A stretch of 53,921 nucleotides of DNA, counting the filler, from Sluysia triapertura (Eukaryota), in NCBI GenBank assembly GCA_046118255.1. It is 4 parts of 4 records of this genome, joined end to end, with 100 filler letters (N's around TTAATTAATTAA, not from the genome) between each part and the next. Parts side by side here need not be neighbours in the genome. Positions count along the whole stretch, not along the records: positions 42,779 to 53,921 come from JBJNIA010188354.1; 3 more parts are not named here. One strand, given 5' to 3'. Position numbers and translations under genes: made by a program. The notes beneath the pieces are model-generated. The model saw only the letters and a list, made by a program, of their open reading frames with translations, was not told where the DNA came from and did no database searches. Shown here one piece after another: positions 49,300-53,921 of the stretch; positions within the stretch are counted from its first letter, which is position 1; each line of letters begins with the position of its first letter.

Positions 49300-49646
49300 A
49301 TTAAGAATTTGGAATATTTAAATTGATTTGAAAATGTCTAGTAGTTGATTTCGAATGTGACTGAAATTGAATTGTTAATAAATGAAGAATAAAATGTTTC
49401 AGAAGAATTTTTTATTGTAAATTAATGGTTTTGAATGTAATTGTGGTTTGGATGTTATAAGATTGTGGATTTGAATTGATTTTAACGGATGAAAATGTTT
49501 TAGTGGATATAAAGGAGATAAATATAGGGATGTTAAAATGTTAGAGAATATGTGTTGGTTTAGTTTAATATTGTTTTATGTTAGTTATTAAATGTAAATT
49601 GTAGATTTTGATAAAATTTGTTAATAGTGAAATGTTGGCCACCACA
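49300..49646 (-). repeat. Family A terminal fragment
   Basis: Ends gttggccaccaca at 49646. Shared block at 49415-49470. Confidence 0.75.
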
Positions 49647-49699
49647 ATCAAAGTCTGTACAAGAATTCGTATAATTCGTGTTTAAAACACGAAGTGTTT

Positions 49700-50050
49700 C
49701 TGTGTTGTATCGTGCTTAGCATTGAATATTCCTTATTATTCTTTGTACATTTTTTGTATGAAAATATTCCTAATTATCTCAATTCAGAAAGAGTTTATAT
49801 ACCATCGACGTATGTATTATCTGCAAGTTTTGAATCTTTTATTGCATCTAGTATCACAAATCTTCTTGATATATGTAAAACATTACTTAATACTCAGGAA
49901 TATGGTGCATTAACAAATCCCATGTCTAAATTTTCATCCAGTGTTACATAGATAAAAATTCATGGATACACTGAAGCATTTGGAAGGTATATAGGGTTAT
50001 TTTGTGAAGTGCTTATGAATTAATTAAACATGACCTTTTTCTTAACCAGT
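49700..50050 (-). mobile_element. Possible BEL/Pao reverse-transcriptase remnant
   Basis: Minus-strand translation 'LDMGFVNAPYS*VLSNVL...KLADNTYVDGI' resembles FG...SP.LL and N.YVDN of Pao RT. Confidence 0.35.
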
Positions 50051-50564
50051 CTGATAAGTGTTGTTTCTTTTTGAAATATGTAATTAAGAAAATATGTATA
50101 ATTTACCAAATTTAGCAGTATGTGATGGACATAAAATTCATTGCGGTGTACATTATTTTGTTACATTTATTACTATTGTTATTGTTTTATTATTATTATT
50201 ATTATTATCATTATTATTATTAATTTTTAATTTTTGATGTTTAATTTTTAGTCAAATTTTATTTACTTAAAATATTCAGTAACTGGAATTTGACTAAAAT
50301 ATATGGATATTTTATTGTAATTTTACTATTATCATTACTATAACTACTATTATTGTTAAGAATACAGTCATTACTACTATTACTACTACTACTACTAAGT
50401 TACTACTATTACTATTACTACTAGCTGTTGTTGCCTCGATATCTAAAATTATAATTACAAAATTATATTAAGTAATTAATAGAAATAAATTGTACTGATT
50501 TTATGGAAGGTGATATTAAAATTTTGGTTGAAACAATACTTGACAATGCTCTTAGCGAAGCGAT

Positions 50565-50978
50565 GTGCGAAGAAGCATTGGTTTATTAATTCGTAATGTT
50601 TATGGAACAGAAAATCACAAAGATTTGCATTATGTAGATATGTCAAAAAATTATATTTCAAATATAGAAGCATTAAAGGAAATTTATTATTTATTTAAAC
50701 TGAATGGTTCATTTAATAAAATAGTTAATATATCCAATCAAATCTCACAGTTTCTTAGTAGAACTCAATCTCAAACGGAACCAAACCTTTCAAGTATAAA
50801 AGTTGAGTTTCTTAAGTACTTGAATCTTAATCATCCGGTTTCGATGTATATTGGAGGTTTAGAAGAAACGAAATCCACGGTTGAATTAACTGATATCAGA
50901 ATATATACTAATACGTTTATTATACTTTTAAGAGTAATTATATTATATTGTTCATTTCTTCAAAATAAATTTAAATAA
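50565..50978 (+). pseudogene. Leucine-rich-repeat protein fragment (SDS22-like LRR)
   Basis: 'DLHYVDMSKNYISNIEALKEIYYLFKLNGSFNKIVNI' gives two LxxLxLxxNxI units. No complete gene model is visible. Confidence 0.5.
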
Positions 50979-51199
50979 AATTTCGTTGTATGTTTTCTAG
51001 AATTTGATTTCTTGCTAAAGGCCCTAATCCTGTTTTGTTAATTAATTTTATAATTTATAATATATAAATTTATATAAAATTTATAACATATTTGTTAATT
51101 TGTTGATAAAGTTATTAAAGCGATTAGATGTTATAAGCTCTCCAAACGCATATTCGAAAATTTATTAATAAAGAAACAGCTAAACTTATTTTTCATTCA

Positions 51200-51520
51200 T
51201 TGATAACTAACAACACAGAGTTTAACAATGATTTATTGTACTCAATTTCAGAAAGAAAAGTGAAAAAATTACAATTAATAATTAATAAAGCAGCAAGACT
51301 AATTATCCAAGTTGGAAGAAGATCTCATGTAACACCTTATCTTAAGGAATTACATTGGTTGCCAATAAAAGCAAGAATAGAATTCAAAATCAGACAATAA
51401 TTTACAAATGCTTACATTACGGAAATGCTGAATATCTTTTAGAAAAATAAAAAATTTAGAAACTAAGATGAATATTTCATTGAGACATAATAATAATCTA
51501 TACAGAATCCACAGTACACA
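51200..51520 (+). mobile_element. CR1/L2-group LINE ORF2 C-terminal fragment
   Basis: 'KLQLIINKAARLI...RRSHVTPYLKELHWLPIKARIEFKI' is the typical L2/CR1 post-RT motif. Confidence 0.88.
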
Positions 51521-52389
51521 ACCATCACTGCCAGAGAATGTCAAATTAGTGGAAGATTATCAAATATTTAAGTTTTCTCAACTAGTTTTCGTACATTGTT
51601 TGATAATATGCATTCTTTTGAAGAAAACAGTCTTATCAAAATTATAAATTAAACACAGTTTGGATTCGAGTTATACTTACAAATTGGTTATAATTTTCGG
51701 AAAATAATTTCATCCATCTCGTCTTTGATTTAAATTATATAAATCACTAAGTTTAAAGATAACTTTGTGTTGCATAATTCATTTAATGTATCCATATGGT
51801 CCGTAAAATACATTGTTTCTTCATATTTACTCGATGAGTCTGTACTCAGATCTTCAAGGTTACTTTTTCATAAGTTTCTATATTAAATTTTTTCATACCA
51901 ATCACAATTTGTAATCTTAAATTCTACTTTAAAAATAAATAATTAATTATTAGATATATTCAATAGTTTATTTACTGTCAATATTGGTTATTAATGAATC
52001 TAATATATTAAAACATCTGTTAATTTGAAATATTATGCACGGCATTGTTTTGAATAAATTGAATAAATTCCAAATTTATTTTTATATTACATTTTTCGAA
52101 CTTTTCCCAAAGTAATATCCAAGTAATCAAAAAATTCATCTAAAAATTATCAATTGATTTACTTGATGTGCTACTCGTATTATATTTTTATTTTTGTATT
52201 ATTTTTATTATATTCCAAACAATGTCAACTATCACAATAATACCACCGCCGTTTGATCATTCTCGTTATCTATGAAAAGAACAAATTCTTGCAGGGTTCG
52301 CCTATAGAGATCGATATTGGAGAATTTTGAATGACGTTTATCTAACTGAACATTCGTACTAGGTATATTTTATCGTGATGGTAACTTTA

Positions 52390-52620
52390 ATTAGCGAGAA
52401 ATGAGTATCGAAATCGACGCATACCTTACACTTTTTATGTTTACTGTAAGTTGATGTATTATTTGAATAGGAAAATATTGCTGCAATAATGATATTTTAT
52501 TTTGATTGCGTTATGTTAATAAGATAAGGGGATTGTTCGTCACAAATCTCATTGTCTTTGAGTAATTGTGAGAGACAATAAATTGGAAATTATCGTCGAA
52601 GTCGACTCGTAACCGACTCA
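52390..52620 (+). repeat. Family C fragment
   Basis: 'agataaggggattgt.cg.cacaaatc.ca' and AGTCG...CCGACT, as at 10265-10390. Confidence 0.65.
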
Positions 52621-52789
52621 AAAAATAAGTAATTATACTTATAAGTAATCACTTGTATTTTCCAAGTTTTAATCTACTTAGTAATGGCATTTTCTTTAAA
52701 ATTAGAATAAAGCAGAAGAAAAAGAATAAAGCTTCACTTCCAATAAGGGAACTGTCACACGCGTTTGTATTAAACATTGTGACTATATG

Positions 52790-53256
52790 TTTATATATTA
52801 GGAGATTAGTAAGAGACATATAGAATTGAGACAAAGAGTGATAGAGTTGATACAAAGTGATAGATTGAAATTATAAACAATGTTGGAAAAAGTATCATGA
52901 AAATAAAAACATCTATAATAATAATAAGCTAAAGAACCATATATGGTGTCGAGACCTTGTGGAAGCTTGAAATGTACCTGAAAAACCTTTGAAGGTATTA
53001 GAACACCTTTGAGCTTATTAATTTTGAGATCATCTAAGACTCTATTAATTTTTAAGTATTCTGGAAACCTAGAGAAGCATCAAAGATCTTCGAGTAATAT
53101 TATAAATCTTCAGAATAATAACGATAAGTTTAATGTTTAATAATTAACATAAAGAAGTAGAAAAAGGAATCAGAGGGGTGAAGGTGAAAACATCTAGAGC
53201 CTCCCGAGTGCCTTACAAATTACCAAAAAGCCCTGGAACCTGAATAAAACCTTTAT
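52790..53256 (+). repeat. Family D copy
   Basis: 'agaagtagaaaaaggaat.agag.ggtgaaggtgaaaacatctagagcctcc' is nearly identical to 29483-29534. Confidence 0.88.
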
Positions 53257-53259
53257 TTT

Positions 53260-53888
53260 TAATTATTGTTATTTTATTATTTTGAAATTAAAATAGGGTA
53301 AGTAAAGATAATTTTAATATAAGTTAATATTGTGCTACTTTTATTGTAAGCTGTTTGATTTTATTTTCAGCCATTTTAAAGTATTTTTATGGGAAACACC
53401 CTACGCAATTTATTTTATCTAAACATTAAATATTCCTATTTTAAATATCACAGTTAAGTTTTAGAAAGGCTTTTTACCAAAAAGTTTTATTATAATCGTG
53501 ATTATTCTTGGTTATTTAAGTAGCATAATTATTATTAACTTTTTAAACATTGATATTGTTAGTGTCTGTTGCGTCACTCCTGGTTTTTTAGTTAGATTGT
53601 AGTATTCTTAATATTATTATCAACGCTATTATTAATTTTGTCATTTTAGTTTTGTTTAGTGGAGGGTCATACTAATAACGATAAATTCTAATTTGATTTT
53701 TGTTTAATAGTAAACTATTGCCTTATTTTTATTTGATTTTTAAGAGCTTAATTTTGGGGGAATAGTTATTAATATTAAGAGAATTACTGCAAAATTATAC
53801 TTGACATAGTGACTACTTAAATTATTAAGATTCTTTTAAGCTAATCAAGATAATATTGGGTTATCATAACTAATAATATTTATAGACG

Positions 53889-53891
<3 letters not shown>
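53260..53891 (+). repeat. Family B copy (TGTTGCGTCAC at 53567; ends GACGCAA), followed by (TA)n to the window end
   Basis: Close similarity to 8900-9366. Confidence 0.85.

Positions 53892-53921
<30 letters not shown>

Noticed and set aside
50130-50470. (ATT)n/(ACT)n microsatellites and the terminal (TA)n at 53892-53921
   Set aside because: Ordinary simple repeats. (TA)n is not a telomeric motif and probably marks a contig end.

Overview
Very AT-rich eukaryotic (invertebrate metazoan-like) genomic DNA. Four contigs are joined by artificial 100-nt spacers (N44-TTAATTAATTAA-N44). Only two host genes look intact: a CREB3/CrebA-type bZIP gene with a 34-nt intron (13204-13879, -) and an intronless CYHR1/ZFTRAF1-like zinc-finger gene (24023-25252, +). 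The rest is mostly decayed transposable elements: (1) a Ty3/Gypsy element with a chuvirus-like glycoprotein remnant upstream of its protease and a second protease after the integrase; (2) a 5'-truncated NeSL/R2-type non-LTR retrotransposon inserted, with a 7-bp TSD, inside a tRNA-Ala-like gene, whose ~160-bp cassette recurs uninterrupted at 30679-30839; (3) two LTR-like elements carrying perfect multi-unit heat-shock elements; (4) mariner, pogo/Tigger, hAT and CR1/L2 remnants and four dispersed repeat families; (5) decayed intronless host-gene fragments (DDX47-like helicase, Unkempt-like CCCH finger, mitoferrin, LRR), several directly downstream of one repeat family. Also seen: an unexplained 5-unit palindromic array with variable loops and spacers (48796-48987) and an ORF built from 30-aa repeats. 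All protein assignments come from motif recognition by eye; no database searches were run.
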